The position numbers were made by a program, and so were the translations under genes. The notes under the pieces were generated by a model. The model was given only the letters and a program-made list of their open reading frames with translations. It ran no database searches and was not told the DNA's origin. DNA of 64,000 nucleotides from a virus: positions 34,119-98,118 of IMG/VR virus record IMGVR_UViG_3300014656_000018; one strand, 5' to 3'. Of this stretch, positions 30,701-40,900 are shown in pieces. The number at the start of each line of letters is the position of its first letter. The first letter of the stretch is position 1.

Positions 30701-32111
30701 ATTTATCCGGAACCAGCTTCCAAAAATCCGGTAGCCCATCCCAAATATAGTCAGCGTTGGGGATATAATCCAAAGGCTGAAGTGCATTCTGAATTAGTAC
30801 CAGCACACTTGCTGGTAGGCTATCTAAAAATCCATCATTCACTATTAGCTGAAACTGATAAGACCCAGGAACTGTAGGGTTGAATGTTGGAGAGCTTTCT
30901 ATTGAATCCAGACCGCCGGACAGATATGTTTGTACCTGGGCCTGTACTACATCTCCCCCAGCTCCACTATTTGCCAAGGCTGCAGTTAACAAAGCAGCTG
31001 CATTCTCATTATAGCCCGCTGCAGAGGGCAGGGTAATTGCATCTACTAATTGCTTATATGTGGTGATTAGAGCGGATGCTGCATCCGTTTGAAGATTCAC
31101 AGTGATATCATAAGAGGATACAGATAGAGAAAGTGCTGATGCAGGAACCCCAGGATCAACAAGAGTGATAGTGATGCTATTTCCTGTATTTCCGGTCCTC
31201 CTGGCGGAGATGGTTATACCATCATTGGGAGGTACTACCAGATTATCCTGAGTCATGGAAGCACTTACACCCCCACTCAGGTTGATATCATCCACAGTAA
31301 CTCCGGAAGGAGTACCTGTAACTGTCCATTCATACGTCAGATAGGAGCCATCAGGATCATATGATTCTGTACCATCCAGACGAACAGTGCCTCCCATCGG
31401 CTGAACCTGATCATATCCAGCATCTGCTATTGGTCTTCTACTGGGTTCAACTATACCAGAACCAAGCCTGAAGGAGCGTACAACAAGGCTGGAAGGATGA
31501 GCTGCTGTCCCCAGGACTTCCAGCGTAGCTCTATCTATTCCGGTAGTACTTGCAGGAGCCTGGAGAACATATCTGAGTACATGCCCGGTATCGGAGAGAG
31601 ATGAGGTGTAAGTGATATAGATAGATACTGTATCCTGTCTGCCATCCACAGACAGGCGTACAGTTATGAGGTTTACGCCATCCTTGGGGATCAGCTCTGC
31701 CGACTGGGAGAATGGAATAACTGTATTTCCCGGCTGTGAGACGACAGCGATACCCTCAGCGGAAAGAAGAACCCCGGCAGAGTTGCCTTGATCATCCGAT
31801 ACAGATATGTATGATCTATATGTAGACGGGCTGCTCAAATTAGCCGGAAGCTGTCCTGGCTGGAAACGGAAGTCAGCCTCCAGGGTGAAGCTGTCTCCAA
31901 TGCTTTGGTCAACGTTCAGATCCGTGGCTATACCATCGTTACTGAAGAGAACAATATTCCCAGAACCATCTGTGAAGAGATAGCCGGGACTTGGTATGGT
32001 GCGGAAAGTAGAGAAGGCATAGGTGAATATACCATCCACACCATCGCTGATAGCCGTGCCATCAGGGTTCCAGTCAAAGATGGAGAAATCTGCTGAGGTA
32101 GGAAGGGGCAT
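27717..32111 (-). CDS. Large baseplate wedge-like protein with interrupted PKD domain
   Basis: PIADAGYDQ..VRLDGTESYDPDG..LTYEW and PTF.P..PG.YQFQLIVNDG halves; YLSAVQALW.AF..GP...NI..G..+F.GLP wedge-like region; follows the BpJ-like gene. Confidence 0.7.
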   Translation of the reverse strand: MPLPTSADFSIFDWNPDGTAISDGVDGIFTYAFSTFRTIPSPGYLFTDGSGNIVLFSNDGIATDLNVDQSIGDSFTLEADFRFQPGQLPANLSSPSTYRSYISVSDDQGNSAGVLLSAEGIAVVSQPGNTVIPFSQSAELIPKDGVNLITVRLSVDGRQDTVSIYITYTSSLSDTGHVLRYVLQAPASTTGIDRATLEVLGTAAHPSSLVVRSFRLGSGIVEPSRRPIADAGYDQVQPMGGTVRLDGTESYDPDGSYLTYEWTVTGTPSGVTVDDINLSGGVSASMTQDNLVVPPNDGITISARRTGNTGNSITITLVDPGVPASALSLSVSSYDITVNLQTDAASALITTYKQLVDAITLPSAAGYNENAAALLTAALANSGAGGDVVQAQVQTYLSGGLDSIESSPTFNPTVPGSYQFQLIVNDGFLDSLPASVLVLIQNALQPLDYIPNADYIWDGLPDFWKLVPDKSVFSTFWSSAIQVISGEVLKAWQTDYAKSLNDIQRFFIRKWLKYSPYLEDIGTVTFPAFDISGSAVGEEDGDGDLTTSMIRSSGVNDLYPFNVGDLLLDTTNGTAYEVSRKESNNRLVVTTDTVPIYDVIDSDNYNSGYAKTKTIPEVTTDLWALSAGIYDTDPIVAGDILRITTESTTHAALIKNDSFYQLVFRAKKPGLYGHQITVELVVGSALSVSVLNRSIKITYIPDVTLMDDIVTAVNSHPKALLLVTAGRGIGGGAVSCRAEDAFSKTALCGISNISSGGITTKVLTLDSAIPGGPVLEIALPVVDKSWQVIRPSASFSWRNAPYITSLLNLEDDELVQAGDLVRFSVRSTSTGTSQDVHCEVLGVIDYRAAFDSTNLLAVLSSLTSTEYTYTYSGIVRIHQIPTDDDLDSVPKLKFPIAAPTSKLYENQHYTVGSGAISFASGTFSSSSLPPDNLWGEVSYFNNEERIEGNFGRLAGLTRDTLSDSTSGVDYLSAVQALWFAFFGGPKISNIRLGAQIFFGLPFSEKAGVITEINNQYSLTHGRILIQDNENTAILRSYRYPLAVGVATNPATSSAYVAGDVVEQFAPLSNGVTVEDYVNTPRWFLIHVDQGLMTEVEKFFLFRVQVDTAAAVDTTNFSFVATFVNRLKPVYTSPILSALLTLDDDYIQVGDDDYKDGTLFLYDNPRGAPDQPSGGAPLDQVGHPTACMLDAYDGNGSWTGTAVDLEFSLDRTSPKIDFVIGPLADNLTVAWIDSNYIDTSVYSYVVIEGTLNDDGVYDLMTSVNTQINISLLDGLGAPVALTIGDTGKCFTLQGPHVVFEGGDGVNKSFKYLDDGVRQPKYTIDGGIVPYTHTVNQRIRINMDYDIGFGAPQLGPRVDQGLILDDFLTMEINLTPVEAGGIRQPNMHSTTIPGNGLHWWLDGGAAAVLGVPEEVFYEDFQIDAMSNIRPAGASVSSGYILRVVGHKGLSKPPSDPDMIIDHLITS

Positions 32112-32168
32112 TAACCATTACCTCTATTCAGCATCAATCTCCCCCCATTTAGGAGAAAAAGCAAGCTT

Positions 32169-32459
32169 ATGTCACACCTAAAGACCATGAGTGCTTCTCT
32201 TGTTATAGAACTTATATCCGGCCAGGAAGATCTCCTTACTCCGGAAGCCAACAAAATGGCTGACTTCTTTTCCAACCTTCTCTGTCCCGAGTGTGGTGAC
32301 AGTGTACGCCCTGTGCTTGATACCCATAGACCTTTTCGTCCTGGCTCTGTCTTACCCAACTACCTTGCCGAATGTATTAACTGCTCCTGTCTTTTCACCC
32401 CCCACACCATGATCATCGTCCGTCAAGGAGATAGGACGAAACAGGGGGACTATGAGTAA
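32169..32459 (+). CDS. Zinc-ribbon protein on the opposite strand
   Basis: CPECG...CINC; AGGAG RBS; fills the gap between two minus-strand genes without overlap. Confidence 0.7.
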   Translation: MSHLKTMSASLVIELISGQEDLLTPEANKMADFFSNLLCPECGDSVRPVLDTHRPFRPGSVLPNYLAECINCSCLFTPHTMIIVRQGDRTKQGDYE

Positions 32460-35400
32460 TCAAGATCTTGTAACCTCAATAAAATCCTCATCAGCAATAA
32501 ATCTCTCATTCCTTTCCAACTCTATCTTGTCCTGAGACTTGTATCCTCTGATAGTCCTATCCTTCTGATGCGTGATAGCTATCAGAGTTGTTGGCTCCTG
32601 CACGTAGGTAGCACCCCTATTCTTTGCCAGATTCTGAACATCAAAAGCCTCCAGGTCGGTGTCGGCCTGGAGAGAGTTGATGTGCTGAACAATATCTCCC
32701 TTCACCACAGAAGCTAAGGATCCTGCAGTATACCGCATACTCATACGGACATATGAGGGAAAGTATGTACGAGCCAGAGGATTGTCATTTATGACCCTCT
32801 CAGAGTCAGACAGCATTGTATCCTGACAGCTACTTACAGTAGGAATATGCTCATAGGTGATCTGCACCTGCTGGCCTGGGAGTAGCATCTTGTTTATCAG
32901 CTTATCATCCTCTCCTGACCGAAGGATGGTTGGGTACACCACCAAATCAAGCTCCTCAGCTGTGCTGAAGGTATGAACATCATGGGTGGGTGATAGAAGA
33001 TATCCATCAGAGATATGGCCATCTATCAGCATACGGGTGTCATCGCTGATATTGTACTGATTTCCCGGAGCACTGGAGATCAGCTGAACGTCAAAGTAAT
33101 ATAGGCCATACTCTGTATTCTCAACCATATCGGTAGAGGTGATTCTCTGAGTGGCCGGATGATAAAACTTTAGTTGAAAAGTATCATAGGTCAGAACATT
33201 GCCGAAGGTAGCTGCAGTTCCATCCAGGTTGGTTACTGTTACACCAACTGCTGGTCCGGAATCATCAATCACGGATACCAGATAGTAACCTGTCCCCTTA
33301 TTTGTTCCTCCATTATGGTAGTTGGTGGTGCCAGAGCTGAAGCCTAAAAGGGCATTAGCTGTACCAGCTCCGATAGTAATCCTGTTCGTACAGGAGATAG
33401 CCATAGTATCTACTGCTATACTCTCTACCTTGAATGTACCAGGCAAACCAACTTGCAGCTGCTCTAAAACACCCCCATAACCCAAGCTGGAGGAAGGAAG
33501 TATGGGATTGGTTCCTATAAAAGTAACAGTATGAGTTCCTACGCCGTGCTCAGTTACTATGAATGTCAGACCATTGACGTTGACCCCACCGGTTAAGACA
33601 GCTCCCTGAAGTCTCCTGTAACCTAGCCAAACGATATCCCCTATTTCGATACCCAACTGCAGTGGGTTCTTGTAGCTTCCAGTGTCCAACCAGGTGATTG
33701 TATTTCCCAGATGTGTGGCTGTTGCAGATCCAGGAAGATCGGGATCATAGTAAAGATCGTTATTGGAAGGATCAGGTGTGTAGGGCAAACCAGACTCAGT
33801 TGTAAATGTAGTCCCACTATTTACTTCAAACGTTGTAGGATCTAGGAAGTAGCATCTAGCTGTACCAATAGAAGGTGCTCCCAGAGTATAGCTTCCCATA
33901 TCAGGTTGAACGCTGGTACCTAATCCATGGTCTGTATAGGTTACCATGGTTGTCAGTGTTATCTGTGTTGCGCTATCTACAGTCAGAACCATACGAGATA
34001 AACTGGCATTCGGCCCATCCGACCAGCTTATAATGTCTCCAGCAGCTATCCCTGCTGTATAGAAGTTACCTGTAGAGTTTGCAGCAATCGTAATGATGGC
34101 ATTACCGGCATTTGTAATGATATCATTGCCCGACATTGTCTCGTTGGGCATCTTGATACCATCGCCTCTGTTACCGAAATCGCTGGAGCGTATATCTACG
34201 GGATCTGCGTAGGGGATAACCACATTGGTTGGCTCTCCGTTGGATCCTAGAAGCTCTATCTTCTTTATTCGAAGCATAGGTAGAGTTATTCCGCCATTCT
34301 CCGAAAGTGTGTAGATGCTATACTCAATCCCTGTCTGGCCCCCATTGAGCATAGAATCCAAATTCAGAGTGTCATTACCAGCTCCAGATACACCTAGTAT
34401 GGTATACACCCCCTCATCCAGTCCAGAATGAATCTCCAATATATCTCCGGCCACTACACCAGACGCCAGGAAATCTTTTGTAGAAGCGGTAGTGACCGTG
34501 CTCAATCCCAGATTAGTGATCATATCTACAGGATTTGTTCTTGGGCTGCTAAAGGTATCTGGCACCTTTGTCTCTTTTGGCTCCACAATATCCACAGTGA
34601 TAGAACGTACAATCTCATAACGAAGGCCAGCACCGCCCAGGGTAAATGCGGCACTATCCGGATCGGATAGATTTATAACAGTAAGGAAAGCCCCTGTAAT
34701 CTTGGCAATATAGTAGGACCCTATATCACCATCCTTCAGCACCAATAAATCACCTACTTGTGCTAGATTTATCCATGTAGACACTGTTGGGCTGTAAAAG
34801 GTCGATGTAGCAATCGTAGCTATTCCATTAGTACCCATATAAATGGGATTATCATCCTCCAAAGTAACTGCAACGGTCCCTTCAGTTATATCTGTAGCTC
34901 TAATATGAGCGTCTGTCATTCCACCAATATGAACCTCATCATTGTCTATATCTATGTTTCCATTGGCTGTATTTGGAAAGGCAATACCACCGGGAATACC
35001 AGATATAGTAAGCTGGCTAGTGTTATTTACCGTAGTGACAGACATATAGGGCTGCTCTACATATATAACTGCTCCAGGACCTGCAGGATCCATTAAAGTA
35101 ACACCAGTGGCTGTCCTTCTGAAGGCCCAGGCAATATTTGTCTCTGGTGCATGCCAGAGAGGAGCATTTGCTACATTAGGAAGTGGCGTAAGGTCTGCAG
35201 ATACTATAGACCAAGCAACATTACTGATAAGTGCACCTGGGTTTATAACACTCTCTGCCAAGGTTATTTTTTTGAAACCAGCCACAAGTGAATCAGCAGT
35301 ATTATCATAAGAGACAACTGTGAACCAATCCTCTGAAGGAGGTCCTGCTGCATTCTGATAAAAGGCAGTTCCTGGACCTGGATCAGCCCTTAAAATCATA

Positions 35401-36938
35401 ATATAACCAGCCTGAACAGCTGGGTTATCCAGATCTACAGCATTAGCAACCCCAACATCAAACCCACCACCAGCTGGGATATAACCAGGTCTGGCCGTGG
35501 CGTCATTACCAACCTGGTAAATGATAATAGGTGAATCACTCTGAATTCTGGAACTTGTAAGAACGCTGGAGACATTGCTTGCCCCGGACTGAGCGATAGA
35601 AGCGCTCTCAAAGAAGATAGTATCCCCAGACATGACGGGAGAACCTGACGGTAGAAAATCTCCCGCAGCAGTACTCATTATATTGGTGAAGGGAAGATCA
35701 GCTCCATCTGTTCCGGCCTGCGGGGTGTTGGAAGAGACATCAAGCTCGGTGGTGGCCCCGTCTACTCCAGTAAGATAGGAAGGCTGGTCACCCACCCAGG
35801 TATAATCTGTAAAGTAAACCAAAGCACCTGTAGGGTTAGGGGCTGTAGGAGATCCATCAACAACATGCTGAGATATTGTTGGGGTCAGACCGGCATGATA
35901 GATGGTTATTACACTTCCTTCTGTAGGAATGACCAGGAAGGTGTCTGCCAGGGTCCTCAGCTTCCCGTCTGCAGTTCCAAGGGTATAAGCACCAACCACC
36001 AGGGTATGGGCTGCCAACGTTCCGGTGGCCCCTAATTGTACTGCAGTAGCCAAACCCAATGATCCAGCCGACAGCTCATATGTCCCGGTCAGGATATCTC
36101 TCTCCATCTCCGGATCACGATATCCAATAGGCTGTAAGGCTCGTATGGTTGGATACAGCTCCATCAGGCGGGCTGTAAGACCCCTGGATGTGTTGAGAGA
36201 TCTTTCCGACAGAGCTGTCTCAGCTCTGTTCATATAATCAATATTGGTCTCCTTGGCTACCCCTAATGTACTCATGGCAGCTGGATTGGTTACATACTTG
36301 GTGGTATATATACCATCTACTCTGGTGATCTCTCCAGCTGCTACGTTGTACTCTATACCCTCCTGCTCTGCCTGAATGTTTACATCGAAGTAGTAGAGGG
36401 TTCCTTCCTGATTCAGCAGCATTGCCGCTGCTGAGATAGCCTGCGTGGTTGTTGGGTAGTAGTAAAGACCAGAGACGGTAGAGAATTTAGTCAGAGGTGT
36501 AGCAGTCACAGTAGCTGGAGCAGAGAAATAGAGACGAACTACACCTTGAGCTTTCTGACCAGCAGATCTGGAGAAAAATAAATTAGCCAGATGTGCATCC
36601 AGCTCTGCCTCACCAAGCAGGGAAGGGTCCGATATCGATTGAGAGATTCTTATAGCATTGATCTCTCTCTTGAATGGTTCAAGAAGGGTTGTCAGTGGAC
36701 TTACGAGAACATCAGTGAGAACATCTTCCTCCCTGACATCCAGCGTGGGGTGAGCTTCTCGAAGACGTGCCCGAATAAAATCTCCTATATCCGTCTCCAA
36801 GGGGTCTGTACCCAGCTTTGTTATCAGTGGGGTTACAACATAGCCCCATATAGGAGAGCCCTCACTTATATCCATAGAGGGATCATAGGCCTGCAGCCTT
36901 TCTATAATATAGCTCTGTAGCTCTTCCTGAGTTGGCAT
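32460..36938 (-). CDS. Baseplate J-like protein with ~1000-aa modular insertion
   Basis: LD..LAN.F.SR..G.KA.GVVR, V.IQA.Q.G..YNV.AG.I, G...ET...Y..R N-terminal BpJ motifs. Confidence 0.8.
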   Translation of the reverse strand: MPTQEELQSYIIERLQAYDPSMDISEGSPIWGYVVTPLITKLGTDPLETDIGDFIRARLREAHPTLDVREEDVLTDVLVSPLTTLLEPFKREINAIRISQSISDPSLLGEAELDAHLANLFFSRSAGQKAQGVVRLYFSAPATVTATPLTKFSTVSGLYYYPTTTQAISAAAMLLNQEGTLYYFDVNIQAEQEGIEYNVAAGEITRVDGIYTTKYVTNPAAMSTLGVAKETNIDYMNRAETALSERSLNTSRGLTARLMELYPTIRALQPIGYRDPEMERDILTGTYELSAGSLGLATAVQLGATGTLAAHTLVVGAYTLGTADGKLRTLADTFLVIPTEGSVITIYHAGLTPTISQHVVDGSPTAPNPTGALVYFTDYTWVGDQPSYLTGVDGATTELDVSSNTPQAGTDGADLPFTNIMSTAAGDFLPSGSPVMSGDTIFFESASIAQSGASNVSSVLTSSRIQSDSPIIIYQVGNDATARPGYIPAGGGFDVGVANAVDLDNPAVQAGYIMILRADPGPGTAFYQNAAGPPSEDWFTVVSYDNTADSLVAGFKKITLAESVINPGALISNVAWSIVSADLTPLPNVANAPLWHAPETNIAWAFRRTATGVTLMDPAGPGAVIYVEQPYMSVTTVNNTSQLTISGIPGGIAFPNTANGNIDIDNDEVHIGGMTDAHIRATDITEGTVAVTLEDDNPIYMGTNGIATIATSTFYSPTVSTWINLAQVGDLLVLKDGDIGSYYIAKITGAFLTVINLSDPDSAAFTLGGAGLRYEIVRSITVDIVEPKETKVPDTFSSPRTNPVDMITNLGLSTVTTASTKDFLASGVVAGDILEIHSGLDEGVYTILGVSGAGNDTLNLDSMLNGGQTGIEYSIYTLSENGGITLPMLRIKKIELLGSNGEPTNVVIPYADPVDIRSSDFGNRGDGIKMPNETMSGNDIITNAGNAIITIAANSTGNFYTAGIAAGDIISWSDGPNASLSRMVLTVDSATQITLTTMVTYTDHGLGTSVQPDMGSYTLGAPSIGTARCYFLDPTTFEVNSGTTFTTESGLPYTPDPSNNDLYYDPDLPGSATATHLGNTITWLDTGSYKNPLQLGIEIGDIVWLGYRRLQGAVLTGGVNVNGLTFIVTEHGVGTHTVTFIGTNPILPSSSLGYGGVLEQLQVGLPGTFKVESIAVDTMAISCTNRITIGAGTANALLGFSSGTTNYHNGGTNKGTGYYLVSVIDDSGPAVGVTVTNLDGTAATFGNVLTYDTFQLKFYHPATQRITSTDMVENTEYGLYYFDVQLISSAPGNQYNISDDTRMLIDGHISDGYLLSPTHDVHTFSTAEELDLVVYPTILRSGEDDKLINKMLLPGQQVQITYEHIPTVSSCQDTMLSDSERVINDNPLARTYFPSYVRMSMRYTAGSLASVVKGDIVQHINSLQADTDLEAFDVQNLAKNRGATYVQEPTTLIAITHQKDRTIRGYKSQDKIELERNERFIADEDFIEVTRS

Positions 36939-36947
36939 TATCTCATC

Positions 36948-37592
36948 CTAGAGAGTCATGGAGGCAATCGCCTCCTCTCTTGCATAGCTGATCAGGAGAA
37001 TTGTTGCTATTAGAGCACCCTTTTTGCTATCAAATGCCGAGCTGATGAGAGACGCATCTAGTAGACGCTCAGTGGACGGAACAGCATTCCGTGTCTGAGA
37101 GGACATAATCTGTTTCTTCGTTCTATCTACTGCAACACTGAATGCTCCAGTAACTTTGGTAGCTTCCTCTCCGTCAACCATCCCGATGATTTGAAGTGCA
37201 CCACCGCCTTGATTCTTACAGAAAATATTGGTCTGTGGTGTGGTAAACAGAATCTTCAAGAAGCTTTGTACCAGCCGTTGAATACCGGATACCACTCTTG
37301 GGCTGGAGCCTAAAAGCATATCCAGCTTGGAGTTCTGAGTATCCTCAGCCGGCTCTGAAGTAAACACCTCTACTGTCTCAATTGAGGCAACTGACATACT
37401 ATCTGGAACACCAGCAAGAATGGCTCTTTCATGAAGAAGAAAGAATTCTACCTGGTAGCCGTTTATTCGGACCTCACTGGTAAGGTCGAAACTCTGTCCT
37501 TCTATAGCAACAATTGGAGGATCAAGAGATACCAGATTAACTCTTGTGATGGGGAGAATCTTCCGGACAAACACTATCTGAATATCAGCCAC
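36948..37592 (-). CDS. gp25-like baseplate wedge protein with N-terminal Ig-like domain
   Basis: VSGIQRLVQSFLKILFTTP, ERL motifs; directly upstream of BpJ; GTG start 37592 with GGAGG RBS. Confidence 0.65.
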   Translation of the reverse strand: MADIQIVFVRKILPITRVNLVSLDPPIVAIEGQSFDLTSEVRINGYQVEFFLLHERAILAGVPDSMSVASIETVEVFTSEPAEDTQNSKLDMLLGSSPRVVSGIQRLVQSFLKILFTTPQTNIFCKNQGGGALQIIGMVDGEEATKVTGAFSVAVDRTKKQIMSSQTRNAVPSTERLLDASLISSAFDSKKGALIATILLISYAREEAIASMTL

Positions 37593-37986
37593 CGGCTTTC
37601 TCCTCCATGGGTCTGGAGGCTTTTCCCTCAAAGCTGGCCAGAAGAGCAGCGTCAAAGGCGCTGTCAGATATATCCGGAAGGCTTTTCAGCTGCTCTATCT
37701 GCTGCTTACCAAACCTGCCTTGAAGCAGAAGAATACTCGCTCTACGAGACATACTCCCGACTGGAGGATCTGTCACCGGATCCATATTCCCACTGAGCTT
37801 CACCTCCGGAGGTGCACCCAGCTGGTTGATTGCCTGAGCAATCAGCTGATCCATGGGTATCTGTGCAAGATAGCTTGTTTCCTCGATGCTCCTGATAAAT
37901 GAGTACACATCTGCCAGAAGCAAATTTACATTCAATCTGGCTTCCAGAGCAGCTCGTACCTTCTCCTTGGGAAGCTTATCTACCAT
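37585..37986 (-). CDS. Hypothetical protein
   Basis: Coupled ORF. Confidence 0.65.
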   Translation of the reverse strand: MVDKLPKEKVRAALEARLNVNLLLADVYSFIRSIEETSYLAQIPMDQLIAQAINQLGAPPEVKLSGNMDPVTDPPVGSMSRRASILLLQGRFGKQQIEQLKSLPDISDSAFDAALLASFEGKASRPMEEKAGG

Positions 37987-40900
37987 CAGTAAGTCTCCTC
38001 AGCATCCGGTACTTCATAACCAGATGCCTTCTGAAGAGGCTCAATCTCTGAGGTGTAGTCTGCATCAGCATCTGGGCTGGGGGAGCTGCTGGATATGCTA
38101 AGGAGATCAACTATGGCTGGGTTGCTTGGCAAAGAGAAATCCGTATTCTGAAGCACAGCCAGATCTCTAGCCACATCTCCGGCATCTGTAACGTTTGATG
38201 CTGTCATGGAGAAGAAGTCTGAAAATCTTGCTTCCGTTAACAACCTGTAACCCCTCTGCAAACCCCAATCAGAAAGAGTATCCAGTATTTCAAGAGCTTC
38301 TTCAAGGATTGGTGCAGAATAGGTAGGAGTGCTCAATATAGCCTGTAGAGCTGCCCACACAGACCGAAGACGGGTAGCAATGGATATAGCTGCCCTCCTA
38401 TCCTGATCCTTATAACTCAGTGCACCTGCTATAGCATTGGTCAGCTTGTCGAGATTGGCCTCAAAGCCATCATCCCCGGTAAGAGTCCCTGATATCCAAG
38501 AAGGCACCGGAGAAGATGAGGATTCACAGAGCCTTTTATACTCCTCCAGCCCAAGGCTGGTAATACGATAATCCCCATAAGAATTATTCTGTATCTCAGT
38601 AGTAAGAATCAGCTCGTGGGCTGAGCTTACTTCCTTTACCGTGGCAGTAAATGAAAATGGCACCAAACCAGAGCCTGTAGATGGGACTGTGAGCACATCT
38701 GGAGAGGTGACTCGGGCACGTACAAAATCCAGAGCAGGGTCTGACCAACCACTGACGCTACCCCTTGTTTCTCCCAAAGAGAAACCAAGCTCTACGTTTG
38801 CAGATCCAGGATCTACCTCTATAGCTGACGTTACTGTATTATCCGTAGATCTGATTACCAGAGGATCAAAATAGAACCTTCCGGTAAGAGTATATGTATT
38901 GCCTGTAGGAGGCTTTTGGTCATCTCTAAAGGCAGGTGCCAGTACTATATCACCAGCAGCTGGAGTATCAATGGTGACTACATGAAAAGTACCACCAGTA
39001 GGACCACTAAGCTGTACTGTATCTCCCGGAGTAACCACCCCGGTAAATGGATCACCGGAAAGTAGAACCCCAGCATCGTCCATTACTATGTCATACCTGG
39101 TCTCCCGATCCACCACCTCGGATATGACCTCAGCTCCGGAAAAGCCAGCTATGCTATCCAGATAGACTTTGAGATCCTTATTCGAGACATCTGCACCTGA
39201 AACCAGGAGATCCGAAGGTATGCTGAGGGTGGTGGCAGAGGTATTGGTAATACATGTGCTTATCAGGTCTGGGTATATTCTGAAAGCCGTATATATACCA
39301 TCTGGGACTCTATCTGCTCCTTCCCCGGGATACACATTGGCATTGAACAGGCCGGTTATCCGTGATATCCGCATAGGGTTATTGGTACCGGGGGCCATAA
39401 AGCGGATATAGTAGCCATCCATATAGTCATACATATCTATGAATGGACAAAAGAACACAGATACATTTCCGGCAGTTGTCAGGCTGCAAGCCAGGGCAAA
39501 ATCCTGATAATACTGTGGCTCCATTATGGAAGAGATAGCTGTTATGTAGGCTGATGGCCCTTCCAACTTTGTTGATAGAGCAAGAGCACCAGAGGGCTCT
39601 GCTGTTGCAGTAGCATAGGTTTGGAATAGAGCATTGTCAGCATGTGTATTCAAAGCGATAGATATATCATTCATTGACACAGGGCCAGCTGCTCCAAGAT
39701 AGAGAGGGGTACAGACTGTACCCAGACCCGTGTCCTTTCTTAAAAGATTTCCATTTACATTGAGTACCAGATGATTGTTGCCTTCTGTACCATAGACAGA
39801 TATTGGATAAACCGTAAAGAGGAGGGATGCAGCCTCTGGATAGCTACCTATGATAATACTTGTTTCTCCAGGCCTTCTCCCACTTCTGGACCTGATTCTT
39901 ACAGTGGCAAAAACTACAGCCACATCAACTACTGGGACATAGGTAGCTATATCCGCAACTACATCTGCAGGCGTCAAGGGATTCAGCCCCAGAGTAAATT
40001 GTACGGTGTGAGGAACACCATCTACAGATAAGGAAAGCCTGTTGTCCCTACATATTACATATGGAGACGGTCCTGCTGGTAAGGAGTGACCAGATTCAAT
40101 CAAAACATTATTAGCATCAATTATGGTCTCAATTCTTCCGGTCAGCACAAGTGCCGGAGTTATAGCTATTACTTCCCCAGGTTGGGCTACGAGAAAGTTA
40201 CCTGCAGGATCATTAACAATATCACCAACAACAGTGATATTTCCTCCAGGAGCAAACATAATGAAATCCCAGGGAGAGGCAGCGTTGGTATACAACTCAG
40301 CCACTGTATCCTCTACCAGATCAATATTTGCCGAGAACTCCTTGGTTCTGATGGTTCCATACTGAGAAAGTGGGAGATTAAAGGTGATAGGTGCGGCTTC
40401 ATTGATCTCCAGAACTAGGAGATTGCCTCCTCCAACAATGGTGTGGGGAGCGGAGGTAGTACCTACTATCTTTGCCGGAGTTCCAGTACCGGATGCTACC
40501 CCGGAAGCTGTGCCCAGTATCTCTGGCATCCTGTTATCAAAGGGGTCTACGGGATCAACAGCAGACTCCATTCTAGCTATGGATGCCAACAGCTCCAGGG
40601 TGACAGCTCTAGGTCTACTATTTGGATTCTTCTTTATCCCTTCCAGACGAGTGATGATCCTACCTATTGGGCCCTTTCCTGCTATTGAGTTAATAGGAAC
40701 ATCAGACCATATTGTCTCTAGCTCCTCTATATGAAGAGCTAGAGACAATATGGTGGGGTATATGCTGAGCACATCAAGAAGAGTTTCCTTCACCTTCTCG
40801 GAAGCCTCATCTCTTGGTGTCCTGATAGCATCTCCCAGCTTCACAGACCTGGATAGCTCATTACCGATATAGCTATTTATATGATCCGTCAGCCTGGTCA

